Of a DNA stretch of 64,000 nt, positions 45,834-54,850 are shown in pieces. Positions within the stretch are counted from its first letter, which is position 1, and every line of letters starts with the position of its first letter. A program made the translations under genes and the position numbers. The stretch is from an uncultured Anaerolineaceae bacterium (GTDB taxonomy: Bacteria; Chloroflexota; Anaerolineae; Anaerolineales; Villigracilaceae), in contig CAZCUF010000011.1 of the NCBI GenBank assembly GCA_964502095.1, forward strand, positions 10,459 to 74,458, written 5' to 3'. A model generated the notes under the pieces. The model did not search any database, was not told where the DNA came from, and worked only from the letters and a program-made list of their open reading frames with translations.

Positions 45834-46130
45834 GAATCCCGCGCTCGCTGTATTTCAAGTTTTCACGATAAAATCGAAGCGTTTGATCATTGCGAGCCAA
45901 ATCGTCTTTGCGATTTTGGCGCTTTGTAATTTTGTGCGAATCGAATAAGAGAGTGTTAAGTCCGTATCGTCCCTCTTCGGATACGCGGATTTCTCGGAAG
46001 TCATGGGAAAAAAGACGGAATCATAAACGGCTTGCCGCAGAAGCCAGTGAGCCTCGTGTTGTTCGTGCTTAAAACCCGAAGTTGAGAGATGCCCTCCATG
46101 GAAAATTGCCGCCTGTTCATGAACACCGCC

Positions 46131-48638
46131 ATGCGAAAAATATTCTTGACGATAATCGTTTTTCCCTTTCTTGCCGCCTGCCAGCCTCAGGCAGTTCCGA
46201 CTCCCGTGCCGACCACAGTTGCCGCCGGTCCGAGCTCGCCTTTGGATGGAAATTGGAACGCACAAGGGCAGGATTCGAACGGGTTGAAGTTCGAGATCAA
46301 TTTCATTGTGCGCGCTGAAAAACTGGCGGGGTTTTCGTACAACTTTATCGGCACCGATGGAATTCCCTGTTATTCCTTTCAATTCGTAAACATGCCTCCC
46401 GAACGACAAATTGCGATTCAATCGAATCGAGCCGCCGCCTCATTGGGATCGGACTCCCTCGAAATTGTTTTTACAAACGATCAATCTGCTTCGGGCCGCA
46501 GTGAAATCCATTGGCATGAACGTAATCCGCGCTGTAACGGCGATTATGATGTGACTTGGAGCGCGGTCAGGCAGGCGGCCCCTGTTGCGCAGGCGACCCA
46601 ATCCACTCAGCCGCCGCAATCTCAGGCCCCGCATCCATTCCAGACCCTGATCCAGATTCTGGTCTTTGGCCTCTCCAACGGCGCAGTACTGGCGCTGAAT
46701 GCCATCGGCGTGACCCTGATCTACAGTACGGTGCGCGTGCTGAATCTTGCGCATGGCGATGTTTTCGCGTTGACGACCGCCCTGGTCACCTCGTTGATTA
46801 ACTTTATCGGCGTACAGCGAAGCTGGCCGCCGTTACAAATCGCAGGAATTCTGTTAATGGCTTTGTGCGCGGCCATGGTTTTGGGCGCACTCCTTAGCAT
46901 GGGCGTTGACCAATTCGGATTCAGGCCCTTCCGCGGCGCGTCCCAGCTTGCGCCGTTGATCGCCACTTTGGGCATTTCATTTATTCTGTATCAGGGGTCG
47001 CTGATCTGGCGCACATTTCAGGGATCGTGGATTCCGGGCGAGCATCGCAGTGTGCCGGGCTTGCCGGAAGTGCCCACCGACGGCATCCCAAATCTTTTGC
47101 CTGAAATCAATCTGGCGGCGAAACTGGGCTTCTCGAATCTTGTGATTCGCTTCAGCGACGTGTTTGTCCTGTTCATGGCTATCGCGTTCGTGCTATTGGC
47201 CATCTGGTTCCTCAAAAAGACTTATACGGGCCGCGCGATCCGCGCTTTGGCGCAGAATCAGGAACTGGCGCAGATTCTCGGCATCAACATCAATGCCGCG
47301 ATTCGAAATGCCTTTGCTGTCGGCGGGGCCTTTGCGGGCGCGGCCGCCTTTATCTTTGCGCTGTATTATTCGCGTCCGTTCGGCGCGGCCGGCGCGCAAA
47401 GCGGCTTGATCGCTTTCGCGGCCGCGCTGTTGGGCGGCATTGGCTCACCGGTTGGCGCACTGCTGAGCGGGTTGACCATGGGCGTTTTCTCCTCGCTTAG
47501 CGATTACTATCTCAGCGCGCAATGGACGCCGTTTTTTGTTTTGGCATTGCTGGTGATCCTGCTTGCCTGGCGGCCAACGGGCCTCGCCTCTGTGGAAGGC
47601 GCGGAAACGGAATCCGCTTCCACGCGCGATTCGGTCATTTTAACGGCGGCTAATTCGGGGTCCCGAACGAATCGCTGGCTGGTCATCCTGCTGATTGCTT
47701 TGGGCGCGTTTCCTATTCTTTCGGGCTGGTTTCATTGGGGCGGGCAGATCATCCTGCGCACGGTGGAAGTTTTTATTTTGCTGGCGTTGGGTTTGAATCT
47801 GGCGCTGGGTTTGGCGGGCTTGCTGGATTTCGGCTTCGCGGCCAGTTTTGGGTTAGGCGCCTATGCGGGCGCATTATTGAGTCATTATGATGCTGTGGTG
47901 GCCTTGTTGGTGGGCGCGGGCGCGGCAAGTCTGCTTGGATGGCTCAAAGGCGGCCTGGCGTTTCGTTTGCGAGGAGATTTTTTGGCAGTGGCCACCCTCG
48001 CGCTGGGACTCATGGTGCGGCAGGCGGCGATCAACTTGCACGACCTGACGGGCGGGGCGGGCGGCTTTGGCGGTTTCCCTGCGCCTCATTTCCTGGACTT
48101 TAGCCTGGCAGACCCGACGATCAAGTTTTATCTCGTCTTTGTGTTTGTTGTGCTTATCTCGCTGGCGAGTCAGCGTTTGATGCGCTCGCGCACGGGCCGC
48201 GCTTGGGTGGCCTCCAGCGAAGACGAATCTGCCGCACAAGCCTCCGGTGTGAATGTGGGCCGGGAACGTATGTGGGCTTTGATCTTCAGTTCCGCTCTGG
48301 CAGGGTTGGCCGGTGCGCTGTACGCGGGAACGTTTTCGTATGTGGACCCTGAGACGATGTCGTTTCAAACCACTTCCTTGATTCTGACGATGGTGATTCT
48401 CGGCGGGGCGGGGAATGTGCCCGGCCTGTTGATCGGCGCGGCGGCCATTGTGCTGTACGATAAAGTTTTCGTGACCAAAGTGGCCGATCTGGTCGCGCTG
48501 ATCTGGCCGCATAATCTTAGTATCGGAAATATCGGCTCCGCGCCGGATATTCGCGGGGCGAGCTTCTTCAATTTTGGAATTGCTTTGTATTTGACGGTGC
48601 TTCTCAGGGCGCGCAGAAGAAAAGAACGGCGTGAGTGA
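46131..48638 (+). CDS. Fused LivH-like + LivM-like branched-chain-amino-acid-type ABC permease with an N-terminal lipoprotein head domain
   Basis: Lipobox MRKIFLTIIVFPFLAAC. About 150-aa Cys-containing soluble domain. LivH-like (LVFGLSNGAVLALNAIGVTLIYS...LAHGD). LivM-like (ALGLNLALGLAGLLDFGFAASFGLGAY). Start chosen at ATG 46131. Confidence 0.75.
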   Translation: MRKIFLTIIVFPFLAACQPQAVPTPVPTTVAAGPSSPLDGNWNAQGQDSNGLKFEINFIVRAEKLAGFSYNFIGTDGIPCYSFQFVNMPPERQIAIQSNRAAASLGSDSLEIVFTNDQSASGRSEIHWHERNPRCNGDYDVTWSAVRQAAPVAQATQSTQPPQSQAPHPFQTLIQILVFGLSNGAVLALNAIGVTLIYSTVRVLNLAHGDVFALTTALVTSLINFIGVQRSWPPLQIAGILLMALCAAMVLGALLSMGVDQFGFRPFRGASQLAPLIATLGISFILYQGSLIWRTFQGSWIPGEHRSVPGLPEVPTDGIPNLLPEINLAAKLGFSNLVIRFSDVFVLFMAIAFVLLAIWFLKKTYTGRAIRALAQNQELAQILGININAAIRNAFAVGGAFAGAAAFIFALYYSRPFGAAGAQSGLIAFAAALLGGIGSPVGALLSGLTMGVFSSLSDYYLSAQWTPFFVLALLVILLAWRPTGLASVEGAETESASTRDSVILTAANSGSRTNRWLVILLIALGAFPILSGWFHWGGQIILRTVEVFILLALGLNLALGLAGLLDFGFAASFGLGAYAGALLSHYDAVVALLVGAGAASLLGWLKGGLAFRLRGDFLAVATLALGLMVRQAAINLHDLTGGAGGFGGFPAPHFLDFSLADPTIKFYLVFVFVVLISLASQRLMRSRTGRAWVASSEDESAAQASGVNVGRERMWALIFSSALAGLAGALYAGTFSYVDPETMSFQTTSLILTMVILGGAGNVPGLLIGAAAIVLYDKVFVTKVADLVALIWPHNLSIGNIGSAPDIRGASFFNFGIALYLTVLLRARRRKERRE

Positions 48639-48670
48639 GCCGACCATGCAATGCGACTTTCCGAGCTCTC

Positions 48671-48699
48671 TTGACCGATACGGGCTCGTCGGCTAGAAT
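48671..48699 (+). promoter_or_regulatory. Candidate sigma70 promoter (TTGACC-17-TAGAAT)
   Basis: TTGACC 48671-48676, a 17-nt spacer, TAGAAT 48694-48699. It lies upstream of a small ORF with a strong Shine-Dalgarno. Confidence 0.45.
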
Positions 48700-48739
48700 T
48701 CCGGCACTGCCATTCTCGAAAGGAGGTACGTCACAACCG

Positions 48740-48802
48740 ATGAAAGCCATCCTGGTTCTTTACTCAGCTGTTGTTAGCGCGCCTCCTGCCGGGTCGATTT
48801 AG
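48740..48802 (+). CDS. Candidate 20-aa leader/micro-ORF (MKAILVLYSAVVSAPPAGSI)
   Basis: AAAGGAGGT Shine-Dalgarno at 48719-48727. ATG 48740, TAG 48800-48802. Not in the ORF track because it is too short. No homology evidence is possible here. Confidence 0.3.
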   Translation: MKAILVLYSAVVSAPPAGSI

Positions 48803-48823
48803 TTCATTTTGATTCTCCTCGAA

Positions 48824-48884
48824 CCGCAGGCGCGCTTGTCCTGCGGTTTTTTGATTCCCGCCGCAGGGCCGACCTGTGGTTTTT
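48824..48884 (+). promoter_or_regulatory. Two tandem terminator-like hairpins with mutually exclusive alternative pairing (attenuator-like)
   Basis: Segments: 1 CCGCAGG (48824-30), 2 CCTGCGG (48840-46) followed by T6, 3 CCGCAGG (48861-67), 4 CCTGTGG (48873-79) followed by T5. Segment 2 is also perfectly complementary to segment 3. Confidence 0.45.
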
Positions 48885-48901
48885 ATTTAAGGAAAATCAA
48901 G

Positions 48902-49870
48902 ATGAATCTGAATGACGCATATGAATACTTCGAGGATCTCGACGATCTCGATCAAGATACTGCAAGCCGATTGAATAGAAAAGTATCCAAAAAACGCGAA
49001 TCGCACAAGCTGGAAGCGGACGCAAATCTATTTGTCCGCGCGCAGGAGGCGGCTCGCGAATTTAAGTTCACTTACAAAGCCGCTCGCTTCGAGGAAGCCT
49101 GGCTGTTATCTTCCCTGGCCGATATTGCCGGACAGCAATGGATTTCAGATGTGTTGCGCAAGGTCAAGGCCGGGAAGGAGGCCTCCGTCTATCTTTGCAA
49201 AGCGGGCGCGGCGACCCCCGGCGCGGAATTCGTTGCGGCCAAAGTCTATCGTCCGCGCATGCTGAGAAATCTGCGCAATGACGGTATGTATCGCAATGGG
49301 CGCCCCGATCTTGACGAAGGAGGCCGTGTTGTAATAGATGGCGGCAAACTGCACGCCATGCAGAAGAAAACCGAGTATGGCCGCGCGCTGTTGCATCAAT
49401 CCTGGATCGCGTATGAATTTACCTGCATGCAGGAATTGTGCGCGGCAGGCGCGGATGTACCCAGACCGTACGCGATGTCGAGTAATGTCATCGTGATGGA
49501 CTATGTCGGCAATGAAGGCATGACCGCTCCGTCTTTGAGCGGGATCGATCTTGAGCCATCCGAAGCGAAACTGTTATTTGACCGCGTCTTGCGCAATATC
49601 GAGATCATGCTTGCAAACGAGCATATTCATGGCGATCTATCGGCGTATAACATCCTGTACTGGGATGGCGGCATTAAGCTGATTGATTTCCCGCAGGTTG
49701 TCTCGCCGAAAGCAAATCGCCGCGCCTTTGAGATCTTCCAGCGTGACGTACAGCGCGTCTGTGAATATTTTGCCGGGCAGGGCGTTGAACTCGATGCGCG
49801 CGCAATTGCACTTGATTTATGGACTTCACACGGCTATCGCGTTGCGAGCGCCGATACTGAAGGCGATTGA
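48902..49870 (+). CDS. RIO1-family atypical serine protein kinase/ATPase
   Basis: VKAGKEASVYLC (ATP-binding Lys), HIHGDLSAYNILY catalytic loop, KLIDFPQVV metal-binding loop. Start placed at ATG 48902 (MNLNDAYEYFEDLD). Confidence 0.8.
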   Translation: MNLNDAYEYFEDLDDLDQDTASRLNRKVSKKRESHKLEADANLFVRAQEAAREFKFTYKAARFEEAWLLSSLADIAGQQWISDVLRKVKAGKEASVYLCKAGAATPGAEFVAAKVYRPRMLRNLRNDGMYRNGRPDLDEGGRVVIDGGKLHAMQKKTEYGRALLHQSWIAYEFTCMQELCAAGADVPRPYAMSSNVIVMDYVGNEGMTAPSLSGIDLEPSEAKLLFDRVLRNIEIMLANEHIHGDLSAYNILYWDGGIKLIDFPQVVSPKANRRAFEIFQRDVQRVCEYFAGQGVELDARAIALDLWTSHGYRVASADTEGD

Positions 49871-49883
49871 AGGACAAGACCGA

Positions 49884-51065
49884 TCATTGATTAACCTGCT
49901 CTGATTTCTTTCCCCATAAGCCATAGCCTGCGTTTCGGCGAAATTCTCTGCGCGCGTATTGCTCGTGGATTTCCTCCACGTGAGCGATTTTTTCCTCAAC
50001 GGCCGCTTCCAGCCATAAGCGGCCCTTTTCCGCGGTGGCGAGACTACCCGCTCCGTACGCGCCTGTCTTTGTATCGTCATCCCAGGGTGGATTCGCGATC
50101 AGGGAGCCGCTCTCGATCCAGTCCATGAAATAGGATGGCGTGGCGATAAAGTCTGTTTCATCCACTACGCGCTCCATGTGACACAAGTCCGGGCGCAGAT
50201 ACAGCATGAACGATGTTTCCAGTTCGCCCGCGTGGCCCATGCCGCCAATCTTGGACTCCCGATATTTTTCCAGCGCGGCCGCACCGATCGGACCTGACGT
50301 ATGCAGAAAAGACGTGGCGCAGAAAATGCGGCGATGGCGCTCCCCGGCATATTTCACTATATTGACGAGAAACGACATATTGCCGCCGTGCCCGCTCATG
50401 AAATAAAAACGGTCGAAGCCGCGTTCTGTAAGCGCGTCGATCACAGCGACCCAGAAATCTTCGAAAGCGCGCCCGCCGGCATTCATTGTCGCGGCAAAGG
50501 AACTGCGATGCGCGCTCACTCCGAACGGCATGACCGGCAGAGTATAAGCGCGGGCTGAAGCCTTTCCGGCTGTTTCTTTTGCGATTGCGTCAATGATGAT
50601 CGTATCCACAGAGAGGGGCAGGTGCAGGCCGTGTTGTTCTGTGTGCCCGATGGGGATCAAAATCACTTTGCCGCGCTCGGAATCGGGAGGTAGGGAATAG
50701 ACTCCGGCCAATTGCGATGAGTGGGGCAGGGCGATGTACGATTCGCCGTTGCGTTCGCGAATGAAGAATTGCGCATCCAACCCCTGCGGCGCCAGGCAAT
50801 ACACGCGCGTAAAGCCATCGTCGCGCAAACTGTCAAGCAGGTTTTCAACGTACGGGAAGAACACGGACTCTGGAATAGCGAGTCCACTGCCGCGCCAGCC
50901 GAACGGAAAAGATGGCAGGAGTCCGATTCGGCTGGGATTACCCAACGAAACGGTGAGCTGGCCCAAGTCATAGCCTGAGCCCAGCGGAAGAATGAGCGGC
51001 GTGTTACGCGCCAGATTTGCAACTTCCGGCCAGGTCAGGTGATCGTAGTGAAAAAAATCAGTCAT
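49884..51065 (-). CDS. Creatininase-family amidohydrolase with an N-terminal degenerate repeat of its own fold
   Basis: VILIPIGHTEQHGLHLPLSVDT and HAGELETS motifs in the C-terminal two thirds. The N-terminal 130 aa contain LTWPEVANL...PLILPLGSGYDLG, resembling the same strand-loop but without the metal-ligand residues. Confidence 0.7.
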   Translation of the reverse strand: MTDFFHYDHLTWPEVANLARNTPLILPLGSGYDLGQLTVSLGNPSRIGLLPSFPFGWRGSGLAIPESVFFPYVENLLDSLRDDGFTRVYCLAPQGLDAQFFIRERNGESYIALPHSSQLAGVYSLPPDSERGKVILIPIGHTEQHGLHLPLSVDTIIIDAIAKETAGKASARAYTLPVMPFGVSAHRSSFAATMNAGGRAFEDFWVAVIDALTERGFDRFYFMSGHGGNMSFLVNIVKYAGERHRRIFCATSFLHTSGPIGAAALEKYRESKIGGMGHAGELETSFMLYLRPDLCHMERVVDETDFIATPSYFMDWIESGSLIANPPWDDDTKTGAYGAGSLATAEKGRLWLEAAVEEKIAHVEEIHEQYARREFRRNAGYGLWGKKSEQVNQ

Positions 51066-51097
51066 TTAGTGGATTTCGCGTAGCCAATATATTATAA

Positions 51098-52954
51098 TTA
51101 TTTCGGCAATAAATACCAATCTAAAAACTGCTCGAGCCGGGCATACACGTCCAGCAGATTCTCGCGCCGCAGGAAGCCGTGCGGTTCATCGTCGTAGGTT
51201 TTATATTCGAAAGTTTTGCCTGCCTTGCGCAAAGCTTCAACCCACTCTTCGGAAGATTCCGGCGGAACGATTTCATCCAATAGCCCATGCAGGATAAGCA
51301 CCGGTTTTTTTACGTTCTGCACTTCCGCGATGGGGGAGCCGTCCAGATATACCTGCCGATGCCTGGCGGGATGGCCGAGGAAGATTTCCGTGTAAAGACG
51401 AAGTTCGCGGCAACATTGCGCCCAGGAACTGAGCAAATTTGAATCGCCGTATTTGGCCGCGCCGCAGGCGAAGAGATATTCAGGATCGCGCGAAAGCGAG
51501 CAGACCGTCAGATAGCCGCCATAACTGCCGCCAAAAACACCGATGGCGGCGGGATCGATGCCCGGCATAGTTCTCAAATATTTTGCGCCGTATAAGCAAT
51601 CCTGCGTATCGCCCTTGCCCCAATCTCCGTAGTTAAGATGCTCGAACTCCACGCCGAAACCTGTGGAGCCGCGATAATTCAACGCCAAAAATGTATAGCC
51701 TTTGGCAACCAGATATTGTGCAAGGATGTCCCATTCGAATCCGTACAACGAGGAGGGACCGCCGTGCGGATGCACGATCGCCGCTCCGTTCGATTTTTTC
51801 GGTTTGAAGAGCAGGGCCGGTATCTCGAGCCCATCGAAACTTTTATAGCTCACGCGCTCCGGCATCAGCATGTGGTTGAGCGTCAAAGCGGGCGATTGTG
51901 AGAATGTCAATTGAGTTGTTTGCCTGCTTTCGATATCGATGCGATGGATATCCGGAACGCGGATTGGAGATTCAAACTCAAAGGTCAGCGACTTGCCGTC
52001 CGGGGACCAGGTGGGACGGGAGTGGAATCCCAGCTCGCTTCTCAGCGCGGACACCTGTCCTGATTCCGGATCGATAAGAACCAGTTCGAACGACATATCG
52101 CGGTTCAACGTCGCGGCAATAGACTTGCCGTCCGGCGACCAGTCTATATCTGCAATATCGTAGCCTTCCTTCGTAACCTGATGCATTCCTTCGCCGCTGG
52201 CTTTGATCATCCACAGATCGTCGTGACCGGCTTCCTGCGAAATAAACGCCAGCCATTCCCCGCCCGGCGACCAGCGCGGCGCCCACATGCGCACTTTGGG
52301 CAAGCCATGCACAAGATGGGTTTGACCGGTTGCCATATCCAGCAGGCGGATATCCAAACGATTCAAATCGTCGAAAGGGCGATAAACGAAAGCGATCTTT
52401 GTTCCATCCGGCGATGGTTGAGGATCCCAATGATCGCCGTTCGAGTCGGTGGTTAGCGCGCGCGGCCAGGCGCCTTCAATATCGGTGAGGATGAGTTGAT
52501 CGGCATCATTGCGTTCCACGCCGACGATGATGCCGTGCGAATCCGGCATCCATTTTGGGCTGGAGGCGGATGCGGTGAAATCGGTCAGCTTGCGCGGAAG
52601 CCCGCCGTCCACCGGAACAATATGAACATGATCTTTCATGGTAAATGCGATCCAGCGCGAGTCGGGCGACCACTGTGGAATTTCATCGTCCCAATACGGC
52701 ACAAGTCCGCGCTCGGTGCTGATTCGGCTGGGCCAGCCCCCATTTGACGGAAGCAGATAAACGTCGGAGAGAGTTTCGCTGTCTTTGATGAATGCGATAG
52801 TCTTTCCATCGGGCGATAACGCCTGGCAACGAATCCGTTCAATCGAAGTGATCAGAGAAAGATTCCAGCCTGTTGGCGGCTTGAGGTCCGGCCGCGCGAC
52901 CGACGGCCATCCGTTGCGCTCGTATTTTTCGACCAATTTGACGGGTTTTTCCAT
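51098..52954 (-). CDS. S9-family serine peptidase (acylaminoacyl-peptidase/dipeptidyl-peptidase type) with a TolB-like beta-propeller
   Basis: Repeated SPDG.../WSPDG... propeller blades. GGSYGGYL nucleophile elbow. C-terminal D and H (EPHGF). AAGGAG Shine-Dalgarno before ATG 52954. Confidence 0.8.
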   Translation of the reverse strand: MEKPVKLVEKYERNGWPSVARPDLKPPTGWNLSLITSIERIRCQALSPDGKTIAFIKDSETLSDVYLLPSNGGWPSRISTERGLVPYWDDEIPQWSPDSRWIAFTMKDHVHIVPVDGGLPRKLTDFTASASSPKWMPDSHGIIVGVERNDADQLILTDIEGAWPRALTTDSNGDHWDPQPSPDGTKIAFVYRPFDDLNRLDIRLLDMATGQTHLVHGLPKVRMWAPRWSPGGEWLAFISQEAGHDDLWMIKASGEGMHQVTKEGYDIADIDWSPDGKSIAATLNRDMSFELVLIDPESGQVSALRSELGFHSRPTWSPDGKSLTFEFESPIRVPDIHRIDIESRQTTQLTFSQSPALTLNHMLMPERVSYKSFDGLEIPALLFKPKKSNGAAIVHPHGGPSSLYGFEWDILAQYLVAKGYTFLALNYRGSTGFGVEFEHLNYGDWGKGDTQDCLYGAKYLRTMPGIDPAAIGVFGGSYGGYLTVCSLSRDPEYLFACGAAKYGDSNLLSSWAQCCRELRLYTEIFLGHPARHRQVYLDGSPIAEVQNVKKPVLILHGLLDEIVPPESSEEWVEALRKAGKTFEYKTYDDEPHGFLRRENLLDVYARLEQFLDWYLLPK

Positions 52955-53167
52955 ATATAAACTCCTTTGACTACCTTTATGAAATAGAGTATATACTCTT
53001 TTCCTAAATAAAAAAATCCAGTACAATCTTTTGCAAGGAATGATGAACCGCTATTTCAGAGATCGTTCTTCTTTCATCAGAGATGACCGCTAGGCAACTC
53101 GCGTGAGGCTGTGTTCTGCCCTCATGCGGGTTGCTTTCGTTTTAGACCAACAAAAGAGGAGAATGGC

Positions 53168-54793
53168 ATGAAACAAAAGATTTTCTATTTAATTGTGCTG
53201 GCCGCTTTGATTCTTTCGGCGTGCGGCACGCAGGCTTCATCTGCACCTGCCGTTTTGCATATCGGCTGGGATGAGAATCCAGATACATTGAACCCGGCCT
53301 ACGCTTTTCTGACTCAAGCGTACACGGTCTTTGATCTGGTGTACAGCACCCTGACCACCGAAGCGCCGGATGGAAAATATGTGGGCGTCCTGGCGAAAGA
53401 TTGGTCTGTGGCCTCGGATGATATGACCTGGACTGTTCATTTGAAGAGCGGGATCAAATGGCATAACGGGGAAGCGTTCAAGGCCAGCGACCTTGCCTGG
53501 GCGATCAACGCCATCATGCAGGACCCCGATGGGTGGTCCACGTCGTCGAGCTATACCAGCGGCTTCAAGGAAGTCACTGCGCCGGACGATACGACCCTCC
53601 AAATTGTGACAGAGTATCCGATCGCGAACATGGATTATCGCCTGTCCTTCCTGTACGCAGTCTATCCGCCCGATTTTGAAGGTTTCAAAACGTCTGAAGA
53701 CCTGCAGAATTTCAATAACTCCAATATCGTCGGAACAGGCCCGTTCAAGATCAATACTTTCGATAAAGACAAAGGTATTCTAATCCTCGACGCCAACAAG
53801 GATTATTTCGAGACTCCGCCGATTCTGGATCAAGTCATCTTCCAAAAGTTCGATAACGCCGATGCCATGGTGCAGGCCCTTAAAGCCGGCGATATTGACC
53901 TGATCGACGAAGTGCCCGCGACCGCATTCCAAACAATCCAGGGGCTTGCAAATGTCAAAGCCGTGGAGGAAGATGGCCGCTACTTCAACGAACTGATCAT
54001 CAACTCGGTCGATCCCAAGAATGATCCGGCTCCCAAACGCAACCCGGCACTCGAAGATCCTCAAGTCCGCCTTGCGCTGGAGACTGCCATCAATCGCAAG
54101 GACCTGGTTGACATCGCGCTTCAGGGACTCGGCTCTCCCGGAGATACGATCGTGCCGCCGACGCTGGGCGGCGGTTTCTGGCATAACCCAAATATCCAGG
54201 TGGTTTCTTTCGATATTGCCAAGGCCAATCAGATTCTGGATGCGGACGGCTACACACTCGGCTCGGACGGCGTTCGTACCAAAGGCGACTTGCGACTCGA
54301 GTTCCGCCTGCAATTCCCAACCTCCAACCCGGTTTACCCGCGCATCGCGGACATGCTGGCAGGTTGGTTCAAACAAATCGGCGTGAAAGCCAACGTCGAA
54401 GCGGTTGATTCGGACAGCCTCACCGCGGCGATGACGCCCACCGGAGATTATGATCTCGTTATCTGGGGCTGGGGCCCCGATCCCGATCCGGATTTCATCC
54501 TGAGCGTTTTGACCACCGACCAATTTGTTTCGGGCGGCTGGAGCGATAGCGGCTATCACAATCCGCAGTACGACCAGTTGTATCTCGATCAGCAGAAAGC
54601 CATCGACAAGAATGAACGCCAACAGATCGTCTGGCAGATGCAGGACATGGTTTACAACGACCGTCCCTACGTTGTGCTGTACTACGAGAAATTCCTGCAG
54701 GCCTATCGCTCCGATCGGTTCACTGGATTCATCGAATCGCCGCTCGGAATCGATATCGCCCAATCGCTGGTGAGTGTAAAACCCGTAAAGTGA
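53168..54793 (+). CDS. ABC transporter substrate-binding lipoprotein, family 5 (peptide/nickel, OppA/DppA-like)
   Basis: Lipobox LILSACG. Family-5 SBP pattern (TLNPA..., KWHNGE.F.A.D..., GW..D.DPD). AAGAGGAG Shine-Dalgarno before ATG 53168. Confidence 0.85.
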   Translation: MKQKIFYLIVLAALILSACGTQASSAPAVLHIGWDENPDTLNPAYAFLTQAYTVFDLVYSTLTTEAPDGKYVGVLAKDWSVASDDMTWTVHLKSGIKWHNGEAFKASDLAWAINAIMQDPDGWSTSSSYTSGFKEVTAPDDTTLQIVTEYPIANMDYRLSFLYAVYPPDFEGFKTSEDLQNFNNSNIVGTGPFKINTFDKDKGILILDANKDYFETPPILDQVIFQKFDNADAMVQALKAGDIDLIDEVPATAFQTIQGLANVKAVEEDGRYFNELIINSVDPKNDPAPKRNPALEDPQVRLALETAINRKDLVDIALQGLGSPGDTIVPPTLGGGFWHNPNIQVVSFDIAKANQILDADGYTLGSDGVRTKGDLRLEFRLQFPTSNPVYPRIADMLAGWFKQIGVKANVEAVDSDSLTAAMTPTGDYDLVIWGWGPDPDPDFILSVLTTDQFVSGGWSDSGYHNPQYDQLYLDQQKAIDKNERQQIVWQMQDMVYNDRPYVVLYYEKFLQAYRSDRFTGFIESPLGIDIAQSLVSVKPVK

Positions 54794-54850
54794 AATTAAC
54801 AGCCAAAGCCCCTTTCAGCAGGAAGAAAGGGGCTTTGGCAAAATCGACTC

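Noticed and set aside
45855-46421. 188-aa minus-strand ORF spanning the NLR/permease spacer
   Set aside because: It overlaps the lipoprotein signal and head domain of the permease gene. It has no Shine-Dalgarno and a composition unlike a protein. I treated it as spurious and left the spacer as non-coding.
47874-48647. 257-aa antisense ORF within the LivM-like region
   Set aside because: It is an antisense artefact. Its composition is extremely Arg/His/Gln-rich.
53780-54763. 327-aa ORF antisense to the substrate-binding protein gene
   Set aside because: Same reasoning: it is embedded opposite a well-supported family-5 SBP gene and has no recognisable domain.
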